A stretch of 64,000 nucleotides of DNA, from the NCBI GenBank assembly GCA_964575005.1, contig CAZNQE010000003.1, forward strand, positions 1,991-65,990, in the 5' to 3' direction. Source of the DNA: an uncultured Polaromonas sp. (GTDB lineage Bacteria > Pseudomonadota > Gammaproteobacteria > Burkholderiales > Burkholderiaceae_C). Below are positions 39,930-51,071 of this stretch, piece by piece. The notes beneath the pieces are model-generated. The model did no database searches, was not told the origin of the DNA, and was given only the letters and a program-made list of their open reading frames with translations. Numbering within the stretch: the stretch's first letter is position 1; the number at the start of each line of letters is the position of its first letter. The position numbers were made by a program, and so were the translations under genes.

Positions 39930-41406
39930 GCTGAACCCCGCTGCGGCCATCTGGCTGCTGGGAGTGATTGCCACGGCCTTGGCCGCCTATGTGCTCGTCT
40001 TGACGGGCGCAGATGCACTGGCTTGGGGTCTCCTGGGCGCGGTGCTGCTCATCTGGCTGGCCTGCCTGTTGGGCATGCGGTCCGAAGCCGCCTTGCTGGC
40101 GCAGGTCGAAGGTGTCTTGCGCACCGCCAGTGTGGGTCAGCTGGAGTCACGCATCGTCAACATTCCGGCGGGCAACCGCCTGTTTGCCACGGCCTGGGGC
40201 GTCAACGACGTGCTTGACCAGGTCGAAGCCGTGTTCCGCGAATCACTGACTGTGGTGGCCCGCATGGGCGAGGGCGACTTTGCACGTGAGCCGCAACCCA
40301 ACGGCCTCAAAGGCCTGTTCCCCATCATCTTGCAGCGCATTGCCTCGGTGCAGCGCCGGGTCAGCCAGACCGTGGGCAGCATGCGCCAAGTCATGCTGTC
40401 GCTGGCCGACGGCCAGTTTGACCAGGCCATTCGGGACCAGGGCGAAAGCGGTCAGTACAAGCAGATTCTGGACAACGCGCGCCAGGCCACGCAGGCGCTG
40501 GAAGCTGTGTTGAGCGAAATCGTGCAGGTGATGGAAGCCATGTCCCGCGGCGACCTGACCTCACGCGTCAAGACCGAAGGCAAGGGCAGCCTGGGCAAGC
40601 TCAAGACCGACATGAACAAAACGCTGGACGCCCTGGCCGGCGCCATGCGCAGCATTGGTGAAAACGCCCAGCAGGTGGCCGGCGCCGCCAGCGACACCAG
40701 CACGGCCATTGGACAGCTGGCCGACGGCGCGCAAAGCCAGAGCCAGTACATCGGCCAGGTGGTCACGGCCATTCGCCAGACCACCGAAGCGGTCAACGAC
40801 ATCTCCAACAGCACCGAGACGGCTTCCCGTCAGGCGCAGCAGTCGGCCGACATCGTCAAGGACGGCCGGACCAAGATGGAGCAGATGGTTGAAGTCGTCA
40901 ATGGCATCGCCCGCAACTCCGAAAAGATCAACAAGATCACAGACGTGATCGAGAAGATTGCCAACAAGACCAACTTGCTGTCACTCAACGCCGCCATCGA
41001 GGCCGCGCGTGCGGGCGAGCATGGCAAAGGCTTTGCCGTGGTGGCTGACGAGGTGGGCAAGCTGGCCGCCAGCAGCGCCGAAAGCACCAAGGAAATCACG
41101 ACGCTGATTCAGCAGGCGGTGTCTGAGGCCAATCGCGCCGTGCTCGCGGTGCAAGAAGTCAGCGCCGACATGGAGCGCATCGTGCAAAGCTCCAGCCAGA
41201 CCGGCGGCATGTTGCAGCGCATTTCGGCCGCGGTCGAAGAGCAGACCCGCATGATGCAAGAGATCAACAGCAACGTGATGAGCCTGGACAAGATCGCCAA
41301 CACGAACTCGGCGGCGTCTGAAGAGTTGGCTGCCAGCATGATCGAGCTGTCCAAGGTGGCTGACTCCACCCGCCGCGAGATCGACCGCTTCAAGATCGCT
41401 GGCTAA
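39895..41406 (+). CDS. MCP lacking a periplasmic sensor (CetA-like)
   Basis: Two closely spaced TMs, HAMPs, MCP core; overlaps the PAS gene. Confidence 0.88.
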   Translation: MKIWSSRFKRFELNPAAAIWLLGVIATALAAYVLVLTGADALAWGLLGAVLLIWLACLLGMRSEAALLAQVEGVLRTASVGQLESRIVNIPAGNRLFATAWGVNDVLDQVEAVFRESLTVVARMGEGDFAREPQPNGLKGLFPIILQRIASVQRRVSQTVGSMRQVMLSLADGQFDQAIRDQGESGQYKQILDNARQATQALEAVLSEIVQVMEAMSRGDLTSRVKTEGKGSLGKLKTDMNKTLDALAGAMRSIGENAQQVAGAASDTSTAIGQLADGAQSQSQYIGQVVTAIRQTTEAVNDISNSTETASRQAQQSADIVKDGRTKMEQMVEVVNGIARNSEKINKITDVIEKIANKTNLLSLNAAIEAARAGEHGKGFAVVADEVGKLAASSAESTKEITTLIQQAVSEANRAVLAVQEVSADMERIVQSSSQTGGMLQRISAAVEEQTRMMQEINSNVMSLDKIANTNSAASEELAASMIELSKVADSTRREIDRFKIAG

Positions 41407-41409
41407 GCC

Positions 41410-42804
41410 ATGGAACTTGTCCTGTTTCAGATGGGTTCGGGCCGGTTTGCCTTTTCCGCCGCTGGCGTGATCAAGGTGCTGGACCTGTTGCCGCTGACGC
41501 CCTTGCCCTACGCCCCGCCCGATGTCGAAGGGCTGGTGAACGTGGCCGGCTCGGTGTTGCTCAAGGTGGACCTGGCGGCGCGCCTGGGCCTGCCCGCGCG
41601 CTCGGCCAGTGCCGAGGGCAATCTGCTGGTGCTCGCCGCCGGGCAGGACACGATCGTGGTGCAGGTGGACCGCGTCTTCAACAAGATCAACCTGGAGCCG
41701 GACGCCATCAAGCCTTACGAAGGGGCGGACGAGGGCGCCAACGGCATCGTGAAGGCCGAGTTCAGCCTGCCCGACGGCATGGTGCTGCTGCTCAATGAAG
41801 CCGCACTGGGCTTGCAGGAGATGAACCCCGTCGGCGTGCCCGAAGGCGGTGGCGGATTGCTGGGCCGTGCCCAGGAGACCGATGCCGGGCAGGCACAAAA
41901 CGTCGTGAGCAACGACATCCAGACCGTGACCGTGCAAGACGGTGGCGAGACCTACGCCTTCCTGATGGAAAGCGTGATGGAGATCGTGGAGATCAAAGAG
42001 CTCACGGCCTTGCCCGGCGCCAGCGCCGAGGTCGAAGGCCTGATGGATTTGCGCGGCAAGGCGCTGCTCGTTTTGTCGATGGCGCGCATGCTCAAGCGCG
42101 CGCAAAAGGTCAGCCCGCGTTTTGTGCTGGTGGTGTCCGTGGACGGCGCCCGACTGGGCGTGTCCGTCAGCGACATCGTGGGCATCGAGCGCTATGCGCG
42201 CGAGGATGTGCAAGCCGTGTCCGGTGGCGACACCCAGCTTGAAGGCTATTTGTCGGGCGTGGGCCCGCGCCTGGGACGCATGACCGGACTGATCTCGATC
42301 GCCGGGCTGGTGCCGGCTGAAAAGATGAGCCTGTTCAGGCGCTACCTCAACGAACACGGATTGGAACTCTCGAGCATGTCGGACCGCGAACAAAAGACCA
42401 TGCGCCGCCTGCTGGCCTTCCGCCTGGGCGACGAGCGCTGCGCTTTGCCGCTGGCCTGCATAGACAGGGTCGAGGAGTTCAGCGCGTCGGTGGAGCTGCC
42501 GCAGGGCGACTCGACGCTGGCGGGCGTGGTGCAGATCAAGGGCGACGTGGCCCCGGTGCTGGACATGCGCGACATGCTGGGCGTGCCCAAGTCCGACCAG
42601 GCGGCCTACATCGTGGTGCGCGTGCACGACGCGATCTGGGCGCTGATCGTCGACAAGGTCGACCGCGTGATCGAGATCGCTGAAAAAGATATTTCGCCCG
42701 TGCGTACGGGTGAAAACGACTACCTGACCGAAGTCGGTCGGCTCAATGGCGAGCTGATTTCGCTCTTGTCTCTGGAGCCTCTGTCAAGGGCGGCTCACGC
42801 CTGA
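41410..42804 (+). CDS. cheW: Triple-CheW-domain scaffold protein
   Basis: Three CheW repeats: LP..P.DVEGLVNVAG, LPGASAEVEGLMDLRG, LPQGDSTLAGVVQIKG. Confidence 0.88.
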   Translation: MELVLFQMGSGRFAFSAAGVIKVLDLLPLTPLPYAPPDVEGLVNVAGSVLLKVDLAARLGLPARSASAEGNLLVLAAGQDTIVVQVDRVFNKINLEPDAIKPYEGADEGANGIVKAEFSLPDGMVLLLNEAALGLQEMNPVGVPEGGGGLLGRAQETDAGQAQNVVSNDIQTVTVQDGGETYAFLMESVMEIVEIKELTALPGASAEVEGLMDLRGKALLVLSMARMLKRAQKVSPRFVLVVSVDGARLGVSVSDIVGIERYAREDVQAVSGGDTQLEGYLSGVGPRLGRMTGLISIAGLVPAEKMSLFRRYLNEHGLELSSMSDREQKTMRRLLAFRLGDERCALPLACIDRVEEFSASVELPQGDSTLAGVVQIKGDVAPVLDMRDMLGVPKSDQAAYIVVRVHDAIWALIVDKVDRVIEIAEKDISPVRTGENDYLTEVGRLNGELISLLSLEPLSRAAHA

Positions 42805-42817
42805 ACCGGGAACCATT

Positions 42818-43834
42818 TTGTCCAAAGACAACGTCAATGACTTGATTGCGCAGATGCAGGCCGCCGTGAAAAGCGCGGTGGTTGCCAGCAAGTCCGTCAA
42901 TACCACCTTGGCCGCAGGCTCGCCCGCGGTGGACAAGGTGCAAGCCGAAAACCAGCTCAGCCTGATCAACCAGCTGATGGGCGGGGTCGAGTCGCGCTTT
43001 GGCATCAAGTCAGGCAGCCTGGTCGAGCGCAAGCTCGCGCGCATCCTGAAAGACATGCCGGTCAACATCCTGCGTGACTGGGTCACCTCGATGAACACCT
43101 GCTCGTCCGAGCATCCTGAATGGCAGTCACTGGTCGAGAACTTGACCGTGCACGAGACCTACTTTTGCCGTGACCCGGACCTGATGGAAATGGTCACGTC
43201 AGAGATCTTGCCGCCGCTGATTGCAGCGCGCGAAAACGCGCAGCGCCTGCAAGTGTGGTCGGCCGCCAGCTCCACCGGCGAAGAAGTCTATGACCTGGCC
43301 TACATGTGCCTCAAAGGTTTGCAGGCGGCCGGCAAGGCGCAGGTGCGCGACGGGCGCATCACGCCGTCGAGCAGCTGGAACATGTACGTGCTGGGCACAG
43401 ACATTTCGAACCAGGCTTTGCGTACCGCACGCGAGGGCGTTTACGGCGACCTGGGCATGGGTTCGTTTCGCAATCTGCCGCAGCACTGGCGCGCCATGTT
43501 CGAGACCATCGACATGCCCTCGGGCGGCGCCATGCAGGGCGTGAACTACTACCGTATCCGCGACTGGGTGCGCAACTTTGTGCGCTTTGAGCGCTTCAAT
43601 TTGATGAACACACGCCCGCCCGTGCAGGGCATGGATCTGGTGTTCTGCCGCAACGTGCTGATTTACTTTGATGACGACGTCAAACGCGCTGTGCAGACCA
43701 TGCTGGCCCGCGCCATGGCGCCGGGCGGCGTGCTGGTGATGGGTGCTTCGGTGCAGCTGCTCACCACGCAGTACTTTGACAGCAAGCTCGGACGCGGTGG
43801 CCCCTGGTACATCCGCAACGGGGTGCCCGTATGA
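42818..43834 (+). CDS. cheR: Chemoreceptor methyltransferase
   Basis: TVHETYFCRD, WSAASSTGEE.Y, GTDIS, DLVFCRNVLIYF. Confidence 0.94.
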   Translation: MSKDNVNDLIAQMQAAVKSAVVASKSVNTTLAAGSPAVDKVQAENQLSLINQLMGGVESRFGIKSGSLVERKLARILKDMPVNILRDWVTSMNTCSSEHPEWQSLVENLTVHETYFCRDPDLMEMVTSEILPPLIAARENAQRLQVWSAASSTGEEVYDLAYMCLKGLQAAGKAQVRDGRITPSSSWNMYVLGTDISNQALRTAREGVYGDLGMGSFRNLPQHWRAMFETIDMPSGGAMQGVNYYRIRDWVRNFVRFERFNLMNTRPPVQGMDLVFCRNVLIYFDDDVKRAVQTMLARAMAPGGVLVMGASVQLLTTQYFDSKLGRGGPWYIRNGVPV

Positions 43835-44922
43835 TCCGGCTCCTGATTTCCGACGACTCGGCTTTCATGCGCATTGCCATCCGCAAGATGGTGGAGTCGC
43901 ATCCCGACATCGAGGTGGTGGGCGAGGCCCGCACCGGCCAGATGTGTGTGGAACTGGCCGAGCAGCTCAAGCCCGACGTCATCACCATGGACGTCGAGAT
44001 GCCGGTGATGGACGGCTTGGAGGCCACGCGGCAGATCATGGCGCGCTGCCCCACGGCCATCGTCATGCTGAGCAGCCTGACCGAGCGCAATTCGGTCTCC
44101 ACCATCAAGGCCCTTGAGCTGGGCGCGGTGGACTTCATCGCCAAGAAATCGTCTTTCGTGCAGCTGGACATCGTCAAGATCGGCGACGAGCTTGTGGACA
44201 AGCTGCGCTTTTGGGCCAAAAAGCGCTCACGCATTTCCTTCGGCGGTGCCTCGCGCATCCATTCGACCGTGGACACGTCGCAGCCCGTGGCCCTGCGCAA
44301 AGCTGAAAACCAGGGCGCACCCGGCTTGATCGTTTTGGGCATTTCCACCGGCGGCCCTGCCACCTTGCCGCAAACCTTGAAAGCCATGGGCGGCCCGCTG
44401 AAGTGCCCGATGGTTGTGGCCCAGCACATGCCGCTGCTGTTTACCAGCGGCTTTGCCACCCACTTGCGTGCCGAAACCGGCTTGAATGTGGTCGAGAGCA
44501 AAGACGGCATGCAGCTCGAACCGGGCATGGTCGTCATCATCAAGGGCGGCACGGACGCCGTGGTGCGCGAGCCCTTCCAGGGCCGCCTGATGCTGTACGA
44601 GCGCACCCAGGCTGACGCCCCCATTCACCCCAACGCCGACGTGCTGTTCCGCTCAGCGGCCAGTGTGACTTGCCCCACGGTGGCCGTCATCATGACCGGC
44701 ATGGGCAGCGACGGCATGAAGGGCACCGAAGAACTGGTGGCCCGCAAAGGCTCGGCCGTGCTGGCCCAGGAGCCATCGACCTGCATCGTGGACGGCATGC
44801 CGTCCTCCGTTATCAAGGCGGGCCTGTCCACCGCCATTCTCAATCCACAAGACCTGGGCGCCCGCCTGGCTCGTATGGCAGGGCAGACAGCGCCCACCAA
44901 ACTCCCTTCCTTTTTTGCTTGA
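43831..44922 (+). CDS. cheB: Chemoreceptor methylesterase (REC + esterase)
   Basis: REC domain; catalytic GISTGGP, QHM, TGMGSDG. Confidence 0.95.
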   Translation: MIRLLISDDSAFMRIAIRKMVESHPDIEVVGEARTGQMCVELAEQLKPDVITMDVEMPVMDGLEATRQIMARCPTAIVMLSSLTERNSVSTIKALELGAVDFIAKKSSFVQLDIVKIGDELVDKLRFWAKKRSRISFGGASRIHSTVDTSQPVALRKAENQGAPGLIVLGISTGGPATLPQTLKAMGGPLKCPMVVAQHMPLLFTSGFATHLRAETGLNVVESKDGMQLEPGMVVIIKGGTDAVVREPFQGRLMLYERTQADAPIHPNADVLFRSAASVTCPTVAVIMTGMGSDGMKGTEELVARKGSAVLAQEPSTCIVDGMPSSVIKAGLSTAILNPQDLGARLARMAGQTAPTKLPSFFA

Positions 44923-44937
44923 TCCGAAGTCCCCACC

Positions 44938-45342
44938 ATGACCCAGAAAAATATCCTCATCGTTGACGACTCCTTTGTCATGCGCGCTTTGCTGCGAGGC
45001 ATCATCACCGCAGACCCGGACTTGAACGTGATCGGCGAGGCCACCAACGGACTCGAAGCCCTGCAAAACATCAAGGAACTCAATCCTGATCTGGTGCTGC
45101 TGGACATCGAGATGCCGCACATGGACGGCATTGAATGCCTCAAGCGCCTGCGCCTTTTGAGCAACGTGCCCGTCATCATCGTGTCGTCGGTGGCGCAGAC
45201 CGGCTCGCCCCAAGCGCTGGAAGCACGCAAGCTGGGCGCGGCTGAAGTCATTGCCAAGCCGTCCGGCGCCATGAGCCTGGACCTCAATGCCAAGAAGGGC
45301 AGCGAGATCGTGACGGCTTCCCGCAAGGTTCTCGGCCTCTGA
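44938..45342 (+). CDS. Single-domain receiver resembling the CheB N-terminal REC
   Basis: VDDSFVMR, PDLVLLDIEMP.MDG, IAKPSG. Confidence 0.88.
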   Translation: MTQKNILIVDDSFVMRALLRGIITADPDLNVIGEATNGLEALQNIKELNPDLVLLDIEMPHMDGIECLKRLRLLSNVPVIIVSSVAQTGSPQALEARKLGAAEVIAKPSGAMSLDLNAKKGSEIVTASRKVLGL

Positions 45343-45355
45343 GCCGGAGTCGCAG

Positions 45356-48300
45356 ATGTCTGACGATTTCATCGAGACCATATGGGCTCAATATGCCGTG
45401 GAGACGGAAGAGCATATTGAGGGCATCGAGTCCTTGCTGGTCAAGGCTGACGGCGTCGAGCTCAATGGCGAGGAAATCTCCACGCTGTTCCGCGCCTTCC
45501 ACTCGCTCAAGGGCTTGAGCCGAGTGATGGAGCTGGGCGCGCTGGAGTCAGTGACCCACCGCGCTGAAGATTTGCTGGGCCTGGTGCGCGAAGGCGTCAC
45601 CACGCTGGACAAGCCCACGGTGGACTTGCTGCTGCGTTCACTCGATTCAATCAAGACCCTGCGCGACCTGGCCGTGACCGAGCGCGCCGACGGCGAAAAG
45701 CCCATCGAGCTGGCCAAAGAGCTGGAAGCGGCTTACCGCCGCGCGCAAGGCGGCGGTGATGCAGCCGCACCTGCGCCCGTTGCAGCGCCCCCTGCACCCG
45801 CGCCTTCGCCGCAACCGCCGCCGCCATCAGCCGCCGTCAGTGCGCCGCCGGCCAAGCCTGCGCCCACGCCCGCGCCCGTTTCAGCAGCCCCCGCGGCTGC
45901 GGCCAGCGGCAATCCCGACGACCGCCCGGACGACCAGGAAATCTTCTTGCGCCTGGTGCGCAACGGCCTGCCCATCCTGGAGCAGCTGGCCACTTCGATT
46001 GCCGCCAAGCAAAACGCCGAACAGATTCTGGCCGTGGCCAACGACATCCGCCGCCCGCTGGGCTGGATGGTGCGCGCCGCCACCAAGCTCGGCTATGGCG
46101 GTATCACACGCCGCATTCAAGACATTCTCGAAGCCCTGCCGACCGACGCTGACCTGAGCGCTGAACGCGGTGAGTTGCTGGTCGAGCGCATCGTCGCTTT
46201 GCTGAGCGATTTGAAGACGCTGGGCGAGACCACCGGCAGTGATCTGGGCGGCGAATCGCTGGCCCAGGTGCTGGCTCGTACCCTGCGTGACAACCTGGAG
46301 CAATTGCTGCTCAAGATTGGTCAAAACCTCGACGCGCTGGAAAGCAGCGCCGACATGGCCGACGAAGACCTGGCCGATCTGGTGTCGCAAAATTTCTCGC
46401 GTGTGCATGCCTACATGTCCTCGCTGTTCCCCGACATGCATTGGGACTTGCCCCTGCTGTTTGTGGACGCTTATGCGCGCGCCGCCCGCCGCCAGCTGGC
46501 CATTTATGGCGAGGTGATTCAGCTCACCCGCGACTCACTGGCCTTCATCCGCGAACTGGCCGCCAGCAAGCACAAAAAGCCTTTGGAGCAGGGCGCCAAC
46601 CCGACCCAGCACCAGCGCCTGAACCAGCGCATGAAGGACTATCTGTGGGGCAATGACAAGGCCGGCGACACGCCGGTCGAGGCCATTCGCGCCTTTGTGG
46701 CCCACCTGAACATTCCGCCCGAACTGGCGGAGTTGCTGTCGTCGGAGAACACGCGCGAGCTGATGGAGTTGATCCAGGAAGGTGGCAACGCCTACCTGAT
46801 CATGGCGCACCTGGAGTCGTCCGAGTCCACCGCCGGAGCGTTTTTGGCCTGGGTCAGCCAGCGCGGCAGCGTCATTACCAACCGCTCGGTCTTCGTCAAT
46901 GGCCAGAGCTGGTATGAAATGCTGTTCATCAGCAAGAGTGACCGTGCCACGGTCGAGGCCGAACTCAAGGCGATTGATCCCGAAGAAGAGCTGATCAAGT
47001 TCAAGGCGCAGCTGGGCAAGCCCCAGGGCGCTGTGCCCGTCAAAACCGTGGTCGCCGCCGCGCCAGACGGCAAGGCAGCACCGGCCAAGCCGGCCGCTGC
47101 TGCTGCCGCTGCGTCCAACGTGATCCGTGTGCCCGGCGAAATGCTGGACCAGTTCATGAACCAGATCGGTGAAATGGTGCTGGTGCGTGGCCAGCTGGCG
47201 CACGTGATTGCCGACCAGCACCTGCGCGACGCTGCGATCAAACTGCGCCGTGATCTCGACGCGCAAAGCCAAAGCAGCGGCGTCGATTTCCAGAAAGTGC
47301 TGGACTTGATCGACGAGCAGTCGCGCCGCCTGCAAGAAACCGACAGCCTGATTCAAGACGCCTTGTCACGCCTGCAAGACAGCGTGATGGGCCTGCGCGT
47401 GGTGCCGGTGGAGATGGTGTTCAAGCGCTTTCCGCGCATGGTGCGTGACTTGGCACAAGCCCAGGGCAAGCAGATCCGCCTGGAGTTGCTGGGCCAGGAA
47501 GTCAAGATCGACAAGGCCATGGTTGAGTCCCTGGCCGACCCCTTGCTTCACATGGTGCGCAACAGCGCTGACCACGGCATTGAAAAGCCCGAGGACCGCA
47601 AGGCCGCTGGCAAGCCTGAAGAGGCTGTCATCCGCATTCAGGCCGAGCAGCAGGGCAGCCGCATTTTGATCAAGGTCAGCGACGACGGCCGGGGCATGGA
47701 CCCGGAACGCATCCGCAAAAAAGCGGTGGAGCGCGGCCTGATCAAGGAAGACGAAAGCCTGCAACTGAGCCGCGACGAGATTTTGAAGTTCATCTTCCGC
47801 GCCGGTTTCAGCACCGCCGAAGTGGTGACCGAGACTTCGGGCCGGGGCGTGGGCATGGACGTGGTGCGTACCAACGTGATGCGCATGGGTGGCAACATCC
47901 ACCTCGACTCCGAGCTGGGCCGGGGCAGCATTTTCACGATGCAAATGCCTTTGTCTGCCGCGGTGCAGCAGGTGCTGTTGGTCAACACCTCGGGCCAGAC
48001 GCTGGCGATTCCGGGGCGTTACGTGGCCGAGCTGATCGAGGTCAATGACTTTGACGTGCAGACCGTCAAGGGACGCACCGCCATCTTGCTGCGCGGCAAC
48101 TTTTTGCCCATCGTCCGGCTTGACGAATTGCTGGGCTTTGAAGCCAAGCCCGACGACGAACACCGCTTCGTGGTGGTGCTGTCCGACGGTCAGCGCACGC
48201 TGGGTGTGTCGGTCAGCGAGTTCGTGGGCCGCCAGGAACTCTTTACCAAGGACATTCATCCGCGCCTGTCAGCCCTACCGGGCGTGGGTGGCGCGTCCAT

Positions 48301-48406
48301 CCTGGGCGATGGCCGGGTGGTGTTGATCCTGGACGCCGCGGCCATTTACAGGCTGGCTGAAAACTTCAAGACCGAGCGGACCGCAGCGCTCGTCGAGGCC
48401 GACTGA
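45356..48406 (+). CDS. cheA: Chemotaxis histidine kinase CheA with a large insertion
   Basis: P1 LFRAFHSLKG, P3 IRVP...GEMV, P4 HMVRNSADHGIE / SGRGVGMDVV, P5 GASILGDGRV. Confidence 0.95.
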   Translation: MSDDFIETIWAQYAVETEEHIEGIESLLVKADGVELNGEEISTLFRAFHSLKGLSRVMELGALESVTHRAEDLLGLVREGVTTLDKPTVDLLLRSLDSIKTLRDLAVTERADGEKPIELAKELEAAYRRAQGGGDAAAPAPVAAPPAPAPSPQPPPPSAAVSAPPAKPAPTPAPVSAAPAAAASGNPDDRPDDQEIFLRLVRNGLPILEQLATSIAAKQNAEQILAVANDIRRPLGWMVRAATKLGYGGITRRIQDILEALPTDADLSAERGELLVERIVALLSDLKTLGETTGSDLGGESLAQVLARTLRDNLEQLLLKIGQNLDALESSADMADEDLADLVSQNFSRVHAYMSSLFPDMHWDLPLLFVDAYARAARRQLAIYGEVIQLTRDSLAFIRELAASKHKKPLEQGANPTQHQRLNQRMKDYLWGNDKAGDTPVEAIRAFVAHLNIPPELAELLSSENTRELMELIQEGGNAYLIMAHLESSESTAGAFLAWVSQRGSVITNRSVFVNGQSWYEMLFISKSDRATVEAELKAIDPEEELIKFKAQLGKPQGAVPVKTVVAAAPDGKAAPAKPAAAAAAASNVIRVPGEMLDQFMNQIGEMVLVRGQLAHVIADQHLRDAAIKLRRDLDAQSQSSGVDFQKVLDLIDEQSRRLQETDSLIQDALSRLQDSVMGLRVVPVEMVFKRFPRMVRDLAQAQGKQIRLELLGQEVKIDKAMVESLADPLLHMVRNSADHGIEKPEDRKAAGKPEEAVIRIQAEQQGSRILIKVSDDGRGMDPERIRKKAVERGLIKEDESLQLSRDEILKFIFRAGFSTAEVVTETSGRGVGMDVVRTNVMRMGGNIHLDSELGRGSIFTMQMPLSAAVQQVLLVNTSGQTLAIPGRYVAELIEVNDFDVQTVKGRTAILLRGNFLPIVRLDELLGFEAKPDDEHRFVVVLSDGQRTLGVSVSEFVGRQELFTKDIHPRLSALPGVGGASILGDGRVVLILDAAAIYRLAENFKTERTAALVEAD

Positions 48407-48419
48407 CAGACCTACTGAC

Positions 48420-48857
48420 ATGGCCATCTACCTTCAGGTCCGCGCGGGCCAGATCCATCTTCTCCTGGACGCCTTGAGCGTGCATGAGATCCTGGGCCTG
48501 GACGCGCTCGCCGAAGGCGGTGGCGCGCATTGCGAATGGCGCAGCGAGGTGCTGCAAAGCCTGAATCTGGGTGAATTCCTGGGCAGTCCTTCTGTGGCGC
48601 CAGGCATGGGCGTGGTGTACACCCCCGACCGTGACGCACAGCCGATCATGCTCAAGGTGGACGAGGTGCTGCGCCTGCGCGAGTTGCGCGCCGGCGATTG
48701 GTCGGCGCTGCCGCGCCTGCCCGAACAAACCCTGGTTTTCTTTGACGCCATCCATGTGGATGCCGCGGCCAATCAGCAGATCTACCGCTTGCGCAGCCGC
48801 CTGGCGCCCACGCTGTTTGCAGCCAAGGCCGAGCTCGAACTGGCCGAGCCGCCGTGA
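48420..48857 (+). CDS. Divergent CheW-like protein
   Basis: VHEI, EWRSEVL..LNL..FLG, LKVDEV resemble the CheW pattern; follows cheA. Confidence 0.6.
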   Translation: MAIYLQVRAGQIHLLLDALSVHEILGLDALAEGGGAHCEWRSEVLQSLNLGEFLGSPSVAPGMGVVYTPDRDAQPIMLKVDEVLRLRELRAGDWSALPRLPEQTLVFFDAIHVDAAANQQIYRLRSRLAPTLFAAKAELELAEPP

Positions 48858-48940
48858 CCCTGTCGCGTTTCATGAATTGACCCTTCGCCTCTGTTTTTGT
48901 CTGTCCACGCTTTCAGTTTTTTTTGCCGGAGTCTTCCATC

Positions 48941-50884
48941 ATGTTGAAAAATTTCTCAGTGAACGCACGACTGATGTTCTTGGTTGCCATGATGAGCATC
49001 GTCTCCGTCGTGGTTGGCTTGTCCGGCCTGCGCGGCATGAGCCAAAGCATCAGGAGCTTTGAGTTTGTGTACACCGACCACCTGGTGCACCTGCGCGACC
49101 TCAAGGTGATTGCGGACATGTACGCGGTCAACATCGTGGACACGGCGCACAAGGTTCGCAACGGCAACATTCCCTGGGAAGAAGCGCAAAAGAACCTGGT
49201 GACGGCCCGCAAGACGATCATCGAAAAATGGGCGGCCCATCCGGTTGACGAGATGGTCGGCGAAGAAAAGAAAATGATCGACGGCATTCTGGCGTCCTTC
49301 GTCAAGGTGGACGTCGAGCTGGACAAGCTCAGCGCCATTCTGGAAAAGAAAGACATGGAAGCCCTGACGGCTTTCACCGTGGGCCCGCTGTACCCCACCA
49401 TTGACCCGATCAGTGAGCAGTTCTCAACCTTCATGGAAGTTCAGCTGACCGAAGCCAAGGAAGAATATGAAAATGCCGAAGCGGCTTACGAGTTCAACAG
49501 CCGCCTGAGCATCGGCATGATCCTCGCTGGCGTAATCCTCGGCGTCTGGTCGGGCTTGTCGATTGTTCGCTCGGTGACGCAACCCCTGGAGCGCATGCGC
49601 ACCACCGTGGGTCTGATTGAATCCACCGGCGTGTTTTCGCACCGCGTTGAAAACGACAGCGCCGACGAAGTCGGCCAAACCGCCCAGGCGCTCAATCGCA
49701 TGCTCGATTCGCAGCAAGCCGCCATTAGCGACGTGAACCGGGTCGTGGGCGCGCTGGCCGGTGGTAACTTTGACCTGCGCATTCAGACCGACTTGCGCGG
49801 CGATCTGGGCACCATGAAGGCTGCTGTCAACGGCGCAGCAGACGCCATTCATGCCACCATGCAAAGCCTGAGCACGGCCATGGCCGCGCTGGAAAACGGC
49901 GACTTTTCGGCCCGCGTCGAATCGAACGCCCAGGGCGACTACCGCCGCGCCATCGAGCAAGCCAGCCACGCCATGCAGACCCTGCGCGAGATGCTGGGCG
50001 ATGTCGGCCAGGTCATGGGCGAAGTCGCGCGCGGCAACCTGTCGCAGCGCGTGAGCACCATGGGCCGGGGCGACCTGGACGTGCTGAAGAACAACATCAA
50101 CAGCTCCTTGGTGGCCTTGACGAGTGCCATGTCCACCATCCACAACAACACCCGCCAGGTGGCCGCGGCGTCCAATCAGACCAGCCAGGCGATTGGCCAG
50201 ATTTCTGACGGCGCGCAAAACCAGACGCATGCGATTTCGCAATTGGCCGCAGCCGTGCGCCAGACCACGACCTCGGTCACCGACGTCTCGCGCAACACCG
50301 TGGTCGCCAGCCAGAAGTCGCAAGAATCGATGGTCATCATGCGCGACGGCATGAAGCAAATGGAACTCATGGTCGAAGTGGTGAGCTCCATTGCCGCCAA
50401 CTCCGAGAAGATCAACAAGATCACCGAAGTGATCGAAAAAATTGCCAACAAGACCAACTTGCTGTCGCTCAACGCTGCCATTGAAGCGGCGCGCGCTGGT
50501 GAACACGGCAAGGGCTTTTCTGTCGTGGCTGAAGAGGTGGGCAAGCTGGCCGCCAACAGCGCCGAAAGCTCGCAAGAAATCGCGCGTTTGGTGCAACAAG
50601 CTGTGCAAGAAACCAGCCGTGCCGTGGCCACGGTCAAGCAGGTCAACCAAGGGATGATGCAAATCGAGCAGGGCGCGCATGAGACCGACAGCATGCTGCA
50701 ACGCATCTCGGCCGCACTTGAGCAACAGAGCTCAGCCGTTGAAGAAATCAATGCCAACCTGACCAGCCTCGACAAGATCGCCCGCAGCAATGCATCGGCT
50801 TCTGAAGAGATGACCGCCACGGTGGTGGAGTTGTCCCGCATCGCCGACGCCACGCGCCGCGAAGTCGACAAGTTCATGGCCTGA
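48941..50884 (+). CDS. MCP with four-helix-bundle sensor and poly-HAMP
   Basis: [22 protein letters not shown] sensor between TMs; MCP core; likely start MLKNFS at 48941. Confidence 0.92.
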   Translation: MLKNFSVNARLMFLVAMMSIVSVVVGLSGLRGMSQSIRSFEFVYTDHLVHLRDLKVIADMYAVNIVDTAHKVRNGNIPWEEAQKNLVTARKTIIEKWAAHPVDEMVGEEKKMIDGILASFVKVDVELDKLSAILEKKDMEALTAFTVGPLYPTIDPISEQFSTFMEVQLTEAKEEYENAEAAYEFNSRLSIGMILAGVILGVWSGLSIVRSVTQPLERMRTTVGLIESTGVFSHRVENDSADEVGQTAQALNRMLDSQQAAISDVNRVVGALAGGNFDLRIQTDLRGDLGTMKAAVNGAADAIHATMQSLSTAMAALENGDFSARVESNAQGDYRRAIEQASHAMQTLREMLGDVGQVMGEVARGNLSQRVSTMGRGDLDVLKNNINSSLVALTSAMSTIHNNTRQVAAASNQTSQAIGQISDGAQNQTHAISQLAAAVRQTTTSVTDVSRNTVVASQKSQESMVIMRDGMKQMELMVEVVSSIAANSEKINKITEVIEKIANKTNLLSLNAAIEAARAGEHGKGFSVVAEEVGKLAANSAESSQEIARLVQQAVQETSRAVATVKQVNQGMMQIEQGAHETDSMLQRISAALEQQSSAVEEINANLTSLDKIARSNASASEEMTATVVELSRIADATRREVDKFMA

Positions 50885-50885
50885 G

Positions 50886-51071
50886 ATGCCCAGGCTTTTG
50901 CTCGGCACGCCGAGCGCGCACCCCGCCCAGGCCAGCCCTGAGCGCTCCCGTCTGCGCGCCTGTGCCTGGTCCTTGCTGGCTGTCTGGCTGCTTTACAGCG
51001 CCGGCATGCTGGCCTGGTACCTCATCAACGACCCCGAAATTTTCAACGCTATCTGCAGGACACGGCCATGA
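50886..51071 (+). CDS. Small single-TM hypothetical protein
   Basis: Fills the gap between two MCP genes exactly (starts 1 nt after the upstream stop, ATGA overlap downstream); one hydrophobic helix. Confidence 0.5.
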   Translation: MPRLLLGTPSAHPAQASPERSRLRACAWSLLAVWLLYSAGMLAWYLINDPEIFNAICRTRP

